From Octopus bimaculoides (Eukaryota), in NCBI RefSeq assembly GCF_001194135.2, contig NC_068984.1:30236355-30300354 (forward strand): a stretch of 64,000 nucleotides of DNA, given 5' to 3'. The position numbers were made by a program, and so were the translations under genes. Within the stretch, counting starts at the first letter, position 1. The number at the start of each line of letters is the position of its first letter. Below the pieces are notes generated by a model that saw only the letters and a program-made list of their open reading frames with translations, was not told the origin of the DNA and ran no database searches. This document shows, piece by piece, positions 12,931-27,372 of this stretch.

Positions 12931-15794
12931 CTCAAAACTTATGGAAACAAGTAATTTGTACTACAGAGTCAGAGGCGGATTCAGTCAGGTTGGTATTGAA
13001 ATGGTTAAACTCTAGTAATTCTTCTAGTTTTGGAATAATTTCTGCTGTTATTATACAGATTCAGCTATGAGAAAACAATCATTTATTATATTCAGCTTTT
13101 GCTGAAGAGCATGTCAATGAATAAAAAAGGGCAGACTGAAAAATGTCCCCGAACACCTACATGAATAGCAATTTGCAAAAGAACATGTGGTCAGTTGACC
13201 AGCAGGTCAAACAACCATGAAATGTCAGCCAAATCTCCCTTAAGTTACACTCCAGTGTCTCATCAAAGGAAGAACATATTAGACAATGTAGTTCTAGATG
13301 CATTTTACGTGAAACAGGAAGGATCGATCATAGCTGGTATATCTTCCATTGTAGGCCTGCTTGAGCAGAGTAAATCTGAAGTTACACAACAACTATTTCT
13401 ATATGAGAACCACACATACAAACTTTGGTGCTTGGCTGAATATATCTCATTAATTATTACTCAACTGTTCATTATTACTCAACCTGAAACATCTTTTTGA
13501 GCATAAATCTAGGTTGATAAATATAAAACAAATCTGTCTGTTTATAAGTTAAGAACATATATTTTAGTTGTCTCATTAGAAACATGTAGTTTTCTGTTGT
13601 AGTATAAATCAAAATTGCATTACATCCATGCAAGCACTAGCCAGTAGTAACTTTATTAAGAATCTTTACTATTTTCAAGGCCCCAGTCATCAAGCTGAGA
13701 CCTTGGTAGTTGCCTCTTCCTTTGTGTATGTATATCACTGCACTGCAGCATTTGATGAGAATACAATGCTATAAGTCACCAGGGATATCATTTTCTTGTA
13801 CTACCAGCTACATTAAGCAAGAAACTAGAATAGCATTCTATATAGACTGATTATTTAATTATTTACTAACAATCCTTGATGAATCAATAGTTTTGGATTT
13901 TGCCTACTCAAGTTCTTATCACGGGATGAAAAGCTCCATAACTAATCCACTTATCATGGTCCCTCATTATCTCATTCATATTCCTCATTAGCCAACCCTT
14001 CCTATTATGAGTTCCATGCTCCTTTTTTCCATGGCTGTATGAGAATGTGGTAGTGTCACTTTGAACACAGCCTTTCTATAATATTTTATGTCACATGAAC
14101 ACATTAGTTCGTGATTTATAATAATTCATAATGTTCTCTCTCATGAATACAACATTATTCCATATGTTGTGCAACTGCTATGAAGCTTCTCACTTAAAGC
14201 ATACATGCATAAAAGTTCACCTTCATTCTGTTTTAGCAGCAGAATCCCTTGTAAAGGTTGGTATTTAGAAGTAGCTACAACACTCTGAATGCATGAAAAC
14301 ATCTTTGTTTTTCAAATGTAAGAAGACACATGCATGTGTATGTACAAAATCCACAGTCATCCCTTGCAAACAAGTTAAGACTTGGTATTATTCATTCACT
14401 ATTTGTTTGCTGTACCAATTTATTTAGTCATTAGCAAACATAGACATCCTCTCAGCTCTCCCACATTTGATTCAGCAGAACATTTGAGATAAGACAGCAA
14501 AGAGGTGAGAGGATTGCACAAACACTCAGCTGGTACTCATTTCAGCAGAGAAGACTTGAGCAATAGGAAATGAGCAGCTGGACAAGATGTAATGCTCAGA
14601 GTAAGAATTACATCCATGATCCAATGGGCATGAGTCCATCACTCTAACCGCTAGACCTTCATGAAATAACATGTTTATATTTATAAGTATACATTTGCTA
14701 TATGTATAAACAAACAAGAAAGGCAAACAAAAACTGGAAGTGGTTTGTCAGCAAAACCTAATGCAGAAAAGTTCATGGCAGGGGAAGAAGAGAAATCTGA
14801 TGTTTAAAGGCTGAAAATTTAGCTGAGAGAAAACAAATATTTTAACTTAAGGGATTCATACAGAAAATATATAAAAACAAATTTCTGTAGGTAGCAAGAA
14901 AACATATCTATGAGGTGTTACATATGCATATTCATGTTATAAGAGCAAGATACAGCAGTCTCAAAGTTTCAGTGACTAACTTATGCTATTACACATATGC
15001 AAATAGGCATACATGATAATAGTCTCTCATCATCAGAGAAAGACAGTTCTGCAATTTCTTACTGAACAAAACCTGCATAATGATTTGTTTATAGTGATTA
15101 AATGTATGTGCTGTACATTAGCTTGCTCTCTCCATCAAATCGACGTTGCCTGAATAGGTACAAGGTTTACCACACTTCAGGTGTCAAAGTGATCACTGAG
15201 CAATGTGCAATAAAGTGTTTTGCTTGAGAACCCAATGGACCACCCAGTTAAACAGTTGAAACCAAAATCTTTTGATCATGAGTGCCACACCATAACCACA
15301 AAGCTATGCACACTCCCATAACAAGCATACATAATTAGGTAATAATTATTTGCAGGAAATAAGCCAAAAAACGATTACCTCACATGAACAAGATACATTA
15401 AAATCTTCAAGTTGGAAACGCTGGATATTTTTATCAGGAGGATGAGTGGTAAGTAGTATTTGCTGTGTATGATTATTACATAATAATATATGCCTGTTTG
15501 CATAATTTGCATTATAGCATCAAATATTTGAAGCAGTTGTGTAAGTCTTGATTTTGAGATATGAATATCTATATATAACTTTTTATATAAATGTTTTGCA
15601 ACCATCTGTATCTGTTTGTTCATCTTTTGTTTCTTTAATGCTCATTGGAGCTATGTGTTTTCATATAGCCAACTCTTGTTCTGTTGAGCTATTTTTCTCT
15701 GATTAGGAAGTTGGATTTAAGGAACTTCATGAGCCCAAGCACTAATTTGACACTGATCTATTCTACACTTCAACACATATACCAGCATTTTTAT

Positions 15795-16355
15795 TTAACA
15801 GACAACTATTTCCCACCAGGTTACTAGTGTAGAAAAATATTGAATAGCAACTGTGTTAAAGTTAGTTATTCAGCTAGCAAGAGTTTCAGGTGCTATGTCA
15901 AAGCTGAATCGAAGAAAGATCCAAACAGCTGGTCCATAAAGATCATGCAAATGTAGAATTCATGAAAACTATCAACTAGAGAGTAACAGTCTGGCAAAGT
16001 CTGTTGTATACAATGCCAGAATTGAATCAAACAACAGTAATGAACTTAAAACGTAAATTGGAGCAGTGGAACCCACATTCAAAGCTCTTTATTTCAAGCA
16101 CAAACATACATTTGTCAATTCTGATGGAAAATGTGCTATGGCTTTTTAGAAGTTTATGCAGTTCTTGCATGAGACATGTTTCATAGATTCAAAATTAACT
16201 GGTCTATTGTAGATAATGTGCAACCATATAGAAAAGGGAGCTTCAAATCAGAAATGCTTTGATTGAGTGAAAATTGAGAAGTTTGACTCATGGCAGTAAT
16301 AGTCTGAACAAAAGAATCGAACTATTAATGCCTTGAATGCATGCAGCTAAATATC
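15795..16355 (+). pseudogene. Penelope-like (Neptune-type) linker plus GIY-YIG endonuclease remnant
   Basis: DNYFPPGY*CRKILNSNCVKVSYS; SCKCRIHENYQLESNSLAKSVVYNARIE; KT*IGAVEPTFKALYFKHK; INWSIVDNVQPYRKG; NSLNKRIELL. Collinear with the PLE C-terminus (HFPP..KIFN.N.VKVSYS, CxCR..CPL.G.CL, VVY..YIG..FK.RY..H). Confidence 0.8.
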
Positions 16356-16519
16356 TTTTATGCAAATAACACTGGTTTCAAAATGCTTAATTTATAGTTT
16401 TTATTGATGTATGTTTTAATATATGTGAATGTGTGTCTATGTGTGCATATATGTATATATGCATATGTGTATTTGTATTCATGAATTTATAATTTACAAG
16501 ACTATAGAGTCCTTTCGAC

Positions 16520-17215
16520 TGATAGAGAGAACAGTAGATAGGTAGGTGGCTTTATGCAAGGTGTTGAGGAATGAAAGTGTGACAGTAGGAACAGTAACAA
16601 GTTTGTTGTTGTGGCGAAGATTCGTGGATTACATATGTACTCTTTTACTTGTTTCAGTTATTTGACTGCAGCCATGCTGGAGCACCACCTTTAGTCAAGC
16701 AAATCGACGCCAGGACTTATTCTTTGTAAGCCTAGTACTTATTATATCGGTTCCTTTTGCTGAACCACTAAGTTATGGGCACGTAAGCACACCAGCATCG
16801 GTTGTCAAGCGAAGTTGGGGGGACAAATACAGACACACAAACATATGCACACACACATATATATACATATATACGATGGGCTTCTTTCAGTTTCCGTCAA
16901 CCAAATCCACTCACAAGGTTTTAGTCGGGCTGAGGCTATAGTAGAAGACACTTGCCCAAGGTGCCACACAGTGGTACTGAACCCAGAACCATGTGGTTGG
17001 TAAGCAAGCTACTTACCACACAGCCACTCCTGTGCCTATAGGTGGAAAGGAATGGATGAGCAGAAAGAGAGATAGTAGTGATTGGAAAGAGGTACTTGAG
17101 CATACCCTCAAGGTACAAGAAGATGAATAAAAGAAAGTTTGGAGATAAGATTAAGAATGTCTTCATGTATGATCCAATCTTGTGGCAGTGAGACAACAAA
17201 CTTGTTAGCATTTGA
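16520..17215 (-). mobile_element. Decayed L2/CR1-group LINE 3' end interrupted by a family A SINE
   Basis: Minus-strand peptide ...ISLSAHPFLST and ...HTFIP... on either side of the SINE. Confidence 0.35.
16638..17030 (-). mobile_element. SINE family A, full length
   Basis: Collinear with 2854-3311 from tail TACTCTTTTACTTGTTTCAG to head CACACAGCCACTCC. Confidence 0.88.
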
Positions 17216-18230
17216 CATGCTTAGATCATAGTCTTGAACAGTGAAGCACAAAATAATGTTGGGTACCATATTAAGTAGTTTTCATATTTCTTGGTTTACA
17301 TAATTCTTGGAATGAAATAACCCTTTACGTTTCAAAATTTGATCCAAAATAAATGGAGTGTTTTATACATTTGACACTTCAACTAAACAGAAATAGCAGA
17401 AAAAAACACAATCCAGAAATCAATTAGAAGAGAATGGTTGAAACAAGAATAAAAAAAATGGATTGCAGTTTTCTTCCAATATATTATTATATGTAAGATG
17501 TGGATATAAAACAAAATAATGGACGGGAAAAAAAAAAGAAGACAACCATAACCAGCTTTCAGCATTCTGTTATCATCATCATCATCACCATCAGCAGCAG
17601 CAATGCTGTCATCATCATCATCATCATTATCATCAGCAGCAGCAATGCTGTCGTTATCATCATCGTCATCATCATCATCGTCGTCATCGTCATCACCACA
17701 ACCACCAACCCCATCATCACAATCATCATCGACATCATTGCCATTGTCATCTTTAACATCATCATCCGCATCATTCACCATCAATATTATCATTGTTGCA
17801 CTCCTATATTCGCATATTTATTTTTCTTTCATTTCCACTTCTATAGCTACATCTATCATGGAAGTGTTGCTTTGAAACTAATTTATTTATCATTATTTGT
17901 TTTTGGTTAATTTTGTGTCTTTCAATTCAGTTAACTGAAGAAAATTCTACACCTTATCACCAAAGAATATATATTCATGAACATAAGTGAAGCCAAATAT
18001 ACTTATATACATAGGTGTATCAAATTTTTGAAATCACTCTTTTCCATTTTAAAACCTGACAATATAGTTGTCTGACGTTTCATATGTGTAATTCAGAGCC
18101 TAATTCCAACAAATTAAGAGCACCCTAGCATTATGATACAAATTAGGATATCTCAGTATAAATTATTTAAAAAACTAAAAAAACTTGCAATTCAGAAATG
18201 AACAACATTCAAAGAAGTCTCATATTCTTT

Positions 18231-18627
18231 TATTCTTTTACTTGTTTCAGTCATCTGACTGCAGCCATGCTGGAGCACTGCCTTTAGTCGAACAAATCAA
18301 CCCCAGGACTTCTTTGTTAGCCTAGTGCTTATTCTATCGGTCTATTTTGCCGAACCGCTAAGTTACGAGGATGTAAACACACCAGCATCAGTTGTCAAGA
18401 GATGTTGGGGGACAAACACACACACACATACATAGACATAGACATATATATATATATATACACATACATACCATGAGCTTCTTTCAGTTTCCATCTACCA
18501 GATCCATTCACAAGGCTTTGGTCGGCCCAACGCTATAGTAGAAGACACTTGCTGAACATGCCACGCAGTAGGACTGAACCCAGAACCATGTGGTTGGTAA
18601 GCAAGCTACTTACCACACAGCCTCTCC
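18231..18627 (-). mobile_element. SINE family A, full length
   Basis: Same head, body and tail as above. A variant copy follows at ~18835-19202. Confidence 0.85.
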
Positions 18628-21600
18628 TCGTGACTATTCTTTTGAAAACTATCATTGTTTGCATGTTCATTTTAACATTATTGTATGCCTTTTGTCTGAG
18701 ACACAAATATGTTTGAATTTGAAGCCAGAAAAATACACTGATAAAGAAAAGCAAATTTATGCAAACTTTTCTCATTGATCTCGATATTGTACTTTTAACC
18801 AGATCCAGAATACTCTAGGTTTATTTCAAAATTTTACTTTTACTTGTTTCAGTCATTAGACAGCAGCCATGCTGGGGCTCCACCTTGAAGAATTTTTGTT
18901 AAATGCATTGACCCCAGTACTTAAATTTGAAAGACTGACACTTATTCTATCTGACATTTTTGCTAAGTCACATTAACATAAACACACCAACACCAGTTGT
19001 CAAGCAGTGGTGGGGGGACATACACAGACACACACATACATATATACAAGGGGTTTCTTTCAGTTTCTGTCTCTCAAATACACTCACAAAGTTTGTTTGG
19101 CCTGAGGCTATAGTGGAAGTGACTTACTCAAGGTGTCATGCAGTGGGACTGAAACCTGAACCATGTGGTTGTGAAAGTAAGCTTCTTACCAAACAGCCAT
19201 GGGTGTGCCTATTTTTTTTTTTTTTTGACTGCTAAGTATAAGCAACAGTCAAAGAAGGAGCAGTAATTTTAATGATCAATTTATATCTATGCGGGTGTAA
19301 AGTAAGATTTCTTTACCAAGCCACATTTATTTTTGAGCTTTATTTTTTTATGTTAGTTTTGAAATTATTACAAAAGTGTTCATGATTGTATATTTATAGA
19401 AAAACCAGTCTTGCTTGGGGTACCAAAGCACTGAACTGATATATATGACCAAGGCATGTGCTATGTGGTTCTGCCATTCAAAGAAATGAGCATGATCAAT
19501 ACATCTTCTGATTTAGGCACAAGGCCAGCAATTCTGAGGGTGGGGTATAAGTTACTTTATTTTGTTCTTCCCTAGTACTTAGTCTTGTTCACCCTTCAGT
19601 AGGTTTTGAACTCAAAATATAGAATCAGATAAATACATCAAAGTGTTTTCCTTTTATGCTTTAACAATTCTACCAAGAACATGATGCTGTGTAATTAATG
19701 TAAATTTTAATGAATGGGAGACTGCACAGATGATATAATTGGATACCTAAGAGGATACAGAAAATTGAGTAAATTATTGATGTTTTTAAGGATGGTAGTC
19801 ATTGCGAGGAATGGCAGATTCTGCATTACTGTCTCAGTGGAGGCACATGGCTCAGTGGTTAGGGTGTTGGACTTATGATCATAAGATTGTGGTTTCGATT
19901 CCTGGACCAGGTGATGCATTGTGTTCTTGAGCAAAACATTTCCTTTCATGTTACTCCAGTCCACTCAACTGGAAAAAAAATGAGTGCTCCTGTGATGAAC
20001 CAGCATCTCAACTAGGTGGGGGATACATATGCCATGAAACAGGAAAGCCATCCCTTATGAGTCACTATGACTTGAGAAGGAAACTTTACATTTTTTTTTA
20101 TGTCTCAACATTTAATTCAATACCAAGACTGTTTTGCGCATAATGCTTTCTAATTTAAGCACGTAGGTACCATTGATCCCATTGCTTAACTGGTACTTTA
20201 TTGTGTTGACCCCCTAAGAATGAAAGGCAAAGTTAACTCAGAAGGATTTGAACTCAAAATGTAGAGAGCTAGAACAGAAACTACAAAAATATTCTTCTAA
20301 CACTCTAATGATCCTGTCAATTCAATACTCTGTCTCCTGATTAATCAGAAGTTAGAATTGCAATATTCAATTTATTCCATCATGTCTTGGTTTACATAAA
20401 TTAGTCTTAGTAGATTTCCTCAAGTATCTTAAACTAACATTGGAAAGATTAAACCGTGGATATAAAACTTTATTAGATTTGAATAAGAAGCTGTGAAGTA
20501 CAAACTGAAATTCTGTTAGTTATCCAGTTAGCTTTATCATTGATTTTCATCTGTAAATGTGAACAAATACTTTACTTTATCTCAGGAATTTGCATTTCTA
20601 TATTCTGAGTAATTTCTAGCCAAAATATCTGAGTCCTTTTAGATTTTTCTATCAACCAATAGAGGAAATAGTGAGAGACATGCACAATTAATATTCAATC
20701 ATTGGAAGTCACTAATTAATTAGTTAATTGTATTGATAAAATCTTCATCATTTAACACAACTATATGTTGCTAAAATGTTAGCACATTCATTCATGATGT
20801 ACTAATCAGGTGAAACAAAAGACATCTCCCAAGTGGCACAGTGGAAGAGCAATATAACAGAATTGCCAGGAATGCCACACAAACGACTTATTAAGAAATA
20901 GTCTTCAATAGCATGCCAGTGATACATGTGCCAGTCCAGAATCACAGCTAATCTAAAAGTTTCTTTTATTTCAAACAATTCTCATTTTATACTTTTAATT
21001 TGTGTAAGTATTTATTTAAAAAAATAAGTCAGAGACCCATGAGATTATATCACTGTTTTCATTTTTATCATCAGTGGCTAGTATGATTTCGTCTGATGAC
21101 TGGTAAAGATTTCTTTTTGAGTGAGTAGGACATAATATTTTGGCTTGCAATGAAAATGTATTGTTGACAGTAGTGAGCCTTGAGTTAATTGTTCTTTTTG
21201 GAATTTTTTTTTTCACATTTTGGCTTTCAAAAAACATGAAATGACAACTTCTAAATCACTGTCCACAGAAAATTAATACTGAATCATTGGATTCTGGAAA
21301 AAATGGAGTTTTGGACTTTTTCAGAATAATACAAAAATACTAAACCTGATTTTACATGAATGTAAAAGTAACACACACACACACAAACACAAACATACAC
21401 ACACACATGCCTGCACACACAAATGTTTAATAAAGTCAAACAAACGAAAGAGATTTACTCAATACTTGCAGAGTAACAGAGTATATGGTTTGTTGAAACT
21501 GAATTCTCGTCTTAGTCATTCTAGGCTTATTTGTTAACCTAATTAAAGTATTTCTTTTGCTATTTTTGTTTTGGTATGTTTTATAGTATGTTATGTTTTA

Positions 21601-22488
21601 TAGTATTGTAACTGTTATTGCTTCGGTAAATATTCGATGCTTTTTAAAGATGTTTGAATTTGAAACTAATTAAGGACATATTTATTGTAAATTATGTTTC
21701 ATAGCTGAGTGATTTTGGTGTGGCCCTTAGAAATTATTTATGTTTATTTCAATGGGAACGCACTTTTTTAAGATTATAATTTATTAGGGTATATTTGTGT
21801 ATGTGTAAATATTTGGCTTTCACTTGCTTATGTTTATTAATGTGTATGCATGTCATGGTTGATTTGTTATGGCTAAAATGTATGGAATTTTATTTTGGTC
21901 AGCGTACCTAAAATAAATGTTTTGGTCAGTTGCCAAAAAACAAATGATTTCTATTTATTTCTAGAAATATGATTCTTTGGGTGTGTTTCCTTATTTATAA
22001 GTGTATGCAGATGTGTGAGCATTTGGCTGTGTATGCTTGTTCTGTGTATGTCACAGTCAAGTGATTAAAGCTAAAATATAGCTTATTTTATATGAATGTA
22101 CTTACACAGATGTATATAAAACAATTTTGTTTGTTTAAATCATTGAAGAGCATGTGTTGCTCGATTTGTAGGTTCTCAAGTGTGTATAATGTGAATGGAT
22201 GTATGTGCATGCGTATATGTTGTAAACACAGAATTTTGTATGTGTGTGGTTGTCCTGTTTGGAGTTCAGAGCATTTTCTAACAATTCCATGGAAAAATGC
22301 AGTAATTTTATTTCTCAGTCCTGCTTCATCTGAGGAATCTAGAACCAAAAGAAAGGATTCTGCAGTGTCATGTGCTGCATTCTTGATAGATTGCGTTTTT
22401 ACTAATATGGTATTTGTAATTGCCAACACCACCTCCTTGAAAAACAGCATAAACTACAAAAGGTTTCAATATATATATATATATATGA

Positions 22489-22562
<74 letters not shown>

Positions 22563-22631
22563 ATGTATGTATATGTACACCACCTGTCTTCGTCTTTTGT
22601 CCTTTTGTGAATTCTTCCACCTGTATATGTG

Positions 22632-22680
<49 letters not shown>

Positions 22681-22700
22681 ACATATATATGTATACATAT

Positions 22701-22946
22701 TCTTTTATTGTTATACTTGTTTCTGTCATTTGACTGTGGCCATGCCGGAGCACCACCTTTAGTCGAACAAATCAATCCCAGGACTTATTCTTTGTAAGCC
22801 TAGTACTTAATCTATTAGTCTCTTTTACTGAACCACTATGTTATAGAGATGTGAAGATGCTTGCAAAAGGTGCCATGCAGTGGGACTGCATCCAGAACCA
22901 TGTTGTTGGGAAGCAAGCTTTTTACCACACAGCCACCCCTGTGCTT
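22701..22946 (-). mobile_element. SINE family A, internally deleted
   Basis: Tail and head are present; the central microsatellite and flanks are missing. Confidence 0.75.
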
Positions 22947-23184
22947 ATGAAATGTATATACAAATATGCATATATGAATATATGTATGTCAAATGTTTAC
23001 TAGATGTGTATCTGTGTCTATATATTTATATGTTTATGAAGAGGTTGTAAGAACTTAGCAACTACAAGCTTTGATTGCGAGGGTGTGGGATCATACAGAT
23101 ATCCTCTAGTCTGGACCCTCACATAAACAGTAGTATATGTATGTGTGTGCATATATTTATATACATGAATATGTGTTTTGGCTC

Positions 23185-23437
23185 ATGTGCTGGTGGCACA
23201 TAAAAGCCCTGTCCAAACATGGTCAATGCCAGACCCCTCTGGCCCCTGTGCTGGTGGCATGTAAAAAGCACCCACTACACTCTCAGAGTGGCTGGTGTTA
23301 GGAAGAGCATCCAGCTGTAGAAAAGCTGCCAGATCAGATTGGAGCCTGGTGCAGCCTCCTGGCTTCCTGGATCCCAGTCGAACCATCCAACCCATGACAG
23401 CATGGAAAATGGACGTTAAACAATGATGATGATGATA
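23185..23437 (+). mobile_element. SINE-like family D with (GAT)n tail
   Basis: GTTAGGAAG(A/G)GCATCCAGCTGTAGAAA...TCCAACCCATG.CAGCATGGAAA..GGACGTTAAAC(GAT)n. Other copies at ~33280-33670 (-), ~54020-54338 (+), ~58195-58508 (+), ~59762-59910 (-), ~41100-41300 (-). Confidence 0.75.
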
Positions 23438-26400
23438 CATATATATATGAATTCCCAAAATTGTTACAATTTCCTATCTTATAAGGGATAGAAAGAAAAT
23501 GAAATTGTTATATTTGTGTGATGGAAAAAGTATGAACGAAAGCAATTAAATAAATAAATGAAATAAAATAAAAGATAAGACGATAGAAAAAGAACAAATC
23601 GTATTAATGCAAGTTGACAGCTAAACATAATGTTTACAGCTTCATATGATGTAACTTTTATAAAAACAGAAATAATCCTCTATATATGACTGTCTGTATG
23701 TGTATTTGTAATGTTTGTGTATGTGTACACACACACACACATATATTATATGCATTTACACACATACACATTCATGCTCTCACACACTCACACTCACATA
23801 ACTTGTAATATGATTCTAAATCTGGAATAAACTAAGAATGAAAAGGAAAACCTAAGTTTATAACATTTGCTTAATGTGTTTGGATAATCCTTTTGTTTGG
23901 TGTTGTCTTGATAATCTAATGTGGTGGATTTAGCATTGAAGATAAGAGAGAGGAAGGGAGAAAGAAATCTATGCTAAAATTGGTTCTTTATAACATCCTG
24001 TTTGATGCTTCTAGTTAATTTTGAGATAGCACGGAAATTAAGAAATTAGGATGTTACTTCTATATCAGTGAAGTATGTACCAGTAATATATGTTACATCA
24101 AAGGTGGTGAGCTGGTAGAATCTTTAGCATGCTGAGCAAAATGCTAGGTGGCATATTGTCCATTTTTACGCTCTGAGTTCAATTGCTGCCTAGATTGACT
24201 TTGCCTTTCAACCTTTAAGAGTTAATAAGACAAGCTGAAATCTGGGGTCGATGAAATCAACTTACCCAAAATAACTGGCCTTGTGTTCAAATTTTAAATC
24301 ATTATGTGGTACACTAGTCATGTCTACATATATATTCCAACTTCTGCTTTGAATATTAATGTAAATATTTTAAGAATTCATTTTATATATAAGGGCTGAT
24401 TATTATATTAATGGCAATTAAGTCAGTTTTTATTTTTATTATTTACATAAATGATGTGATAATAATAAATATTTAGAGATTGTATTGACATAATAATCAA
24501 GATGCAGACAATTAGAGACCTGATCATATAGACTTTAATATTAGTACAAGTTCACAATTTTTTGATGATGAAATTCACCCTGTACATGATTGGTACATAA
24601 TATTATTAACCCTACAATGATGGAGTGTTCACTATCATTTGATATGGATTCATCAAGCTTCATGATTATGTTTAAGATACATTTTATCTCATTTATATTG
24701 TTACAAACTTTGGGAAAAACATGAATATCATTGTTATTCCATTACATTACATAGGCCAATGAAGAAGCCTCCATTTGGTCACTTAATATATTAGCTATAG
24801 CAAATAGACGCCCTTGAAATTGCACACTACAGATTTTATGAAGTCAGACAAGATTGTATCATGTAAGCCTAGATAGAGTACGGATGACTATAAGAGAGGA
24901 TGATGATTATGGGCACAGTTTGAACAGAAATCTGTTTTGTTATGGATAATCTAGGCCTTAGTAACAACAACAGTAATGATAACAACAAAAATAACAACAA
25001 TGTGAATACTGCATTGCATCTTCTGTGACTTCCTATGTCTGAGAAAATCTATATCACTTTGTAAGTTTTATGAATGATATTTAAAGAGTCAAACGTGATT
25101 CTAGGAAAAATTAACAATGTAAAAGTGTAATTAAAGTAATATTTGGAATCTGAAGAAAGTGCTGATGGCCTACATTTGCAAAAATTCGTTCATGGAAAAA
25201 CCCCTTGAAGAGTTTGATCATTTTACTCAGCATGTGGGGTGTAGAATTTTGCTTTTCAGTTGACAGTGACGAAGTGATTAAGAGAGGGGAGACCTTTGTT
25301 TTGGTTTCAGATAATTAAAATAATTATTCCTCTGTAACCAAAGTGACAGCTTTACTTTTTCTCCATTCTTTACTTTCAGACAAATCTATAAATTTCAAAT
25401 ATTTGTTTCAAATTTTTGGTACAAGGCCAGCAGATTTTGGGATGAGATAAGTCAATTACATCAATCCCAGGGCTCAACTAGTACTTATTTTATCGACCCT
25501 GAAAGAAAGAACGACAGTTGATCACAGGGAAATTTGCACTCAAAACATAGAAATGGATGGAATACCACAAAGCATTTTGTCCAGTGTGCTAATGATTCTG
25601 CAAGCACTACGCCTTAAGAATCTCAAATATTAGATTCTTCAATCTTCATATCAATTGAAATTATTGAACTCCTCCATAAACTCTTCTTTAAAGCTGTAAA
25701 TACATTGGCTCATATTTTTTTTATTAGACATAAAGTCCAATATCTTTTATTAATGAACTTGAGTTAATGCAACATTAAACTTTTCCCAAAGAATTTATGA
25801 AACAATACAAAAATAACTAACTTTAGTTAATAATTGAAGCTATAACACAAACTTGAAAAATCTTATGCTTAGCTAACCTCTTCGTTATTTTCTAGAAACA
25901 ATACACTTTAAGCAAATAATGGAAACTCCATGAGGAACTTAGCTGCTATAAATAGCAGTTAAATTCCTCTCAAACTATATCTTGATATCTCAAAAATAGT
26001 AAACATTGGATAATATAGTCCTGTACGTTGTCTAAAAATAAGATCTAATAGTTGTGGCTTCAATGATTTTTATCTCAGATATGCCTCATCAGAGGTGGCA
26101 GGAAGCAAAAGAGCAACAACAATAAGCATAACTTGATTTCCATATTGAAGATGTCCAAGGGTATGACAATGGATATTGGTATCATAAGATAGTGTTTGAT
26201 ACTCCATAACATTATGATACTGAAATTATATTAAGTATGATATTCTTAAAGTGGAAACACTCTGATATTGTGTTCAATGTTTCTTGGGGAAAGGAGTACA
26301 AAATTGAATAAACAACAAAATAAACTTACTTTTAAACAGGTTTTAATATCATATTTTTCTAATTCAGGTATGATAAATGAAGTTCATTATTTGATTTCTT

Positions 26401-26526
26401 CGTTAGAAAAGTACTTTAATGAGTTATTAACTTGACTGATTTTAGGGAAAGGGACATTCTTGTTAAAAGGAAAATATTATGTTGAGTTGAAAGTTTTGCA
26501 ATATTTTGGTAGCTTATTTGCTTTTA

Positions 26527-27372
26527 TTTGTCAAGTTAAAACAGAATCAGCCTAGCATTCAAAGTAGGGGGGGGGGTCATTATGTTGCATTGTCTGAACC
26601 TACCTTTCTGCCAGTTCTTTGATCTTGTGCTGATACCAGTTCTTGTCTTTCGGATGAAGAACACCTTCACTGAAGCTTCCGTCTCCTTTTGGTTGATGAA
26701 GTATTGCAAGTACAGTAAGTGAGTCATGGATCAGAACATGTAATGATTTGAAGGAGATATTCTTTTGCAATGTTAATGTGCTTAAGCGGTGGTTAAGCAA
26801 GGACCAGCTGCCAGAAGCTGTTGCCTAACATATGCGTTTCAAACACAAGGTGATGCTCTGCATCTTATAGAATTATGAGGGTATAATTCACTACGAGTTT
26901 ATTCTAGACCATCAAACTATCAATGTCAGCCTGTACTCTGAACTGCTGGAGTGGGTGTGCTCCACTGTGTGGCAAAAATACCAATTATTGGCTAACAGAA
27001 AGTAAACTCTTCTGCAGCAAGACCTCATACTACCCGAATGACTCAATATAAACTCCAGGAACTTGAGGGAATTGAACTGATGCCACACCCAGCATATAAT
27101 CTAGACCTAGCTTCCTTGGATTATTACATGTGATCCATGGCTCAGTTCCTGCATTCACAATGCTCCACCAGTCAAGGGGAGATAAAAGCATTAGGTGTAG
27201 AGAAGTAAAATTGTTACTTGTCTGCAACCGAAGCAACAATAGTTCTTTATCTTGAAGGACAAGAACTGGTATCAATGTGGGATCAAAGTACTGGCAGAAA
27301 GGGGACTTCAGACTGTGCAACATGATAGCCTCTACTTTGAATGCTAGGCTGCTTTTGTTGTAACTTGATGAA
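26527..27372. mobile_element. Mariner derivative with both ends formed by the transposase 3' end (long inverted arms)
   Basis: TA flanks at 26525-26526 and 27373-27374. 26527-~26755 is the diverged reverse complement of ~27110-27372. The middle encodes KVMLCIL*NYEGIIHYEF..QTINVSLYSELL on plus. Confidence 0.75.

Noticed and set aside
17383-17910. Asp-rich 136-aa ORF and overlapping ORFs
   Set aside because: Trinucleotide low-complexity tract with a small local duplication.
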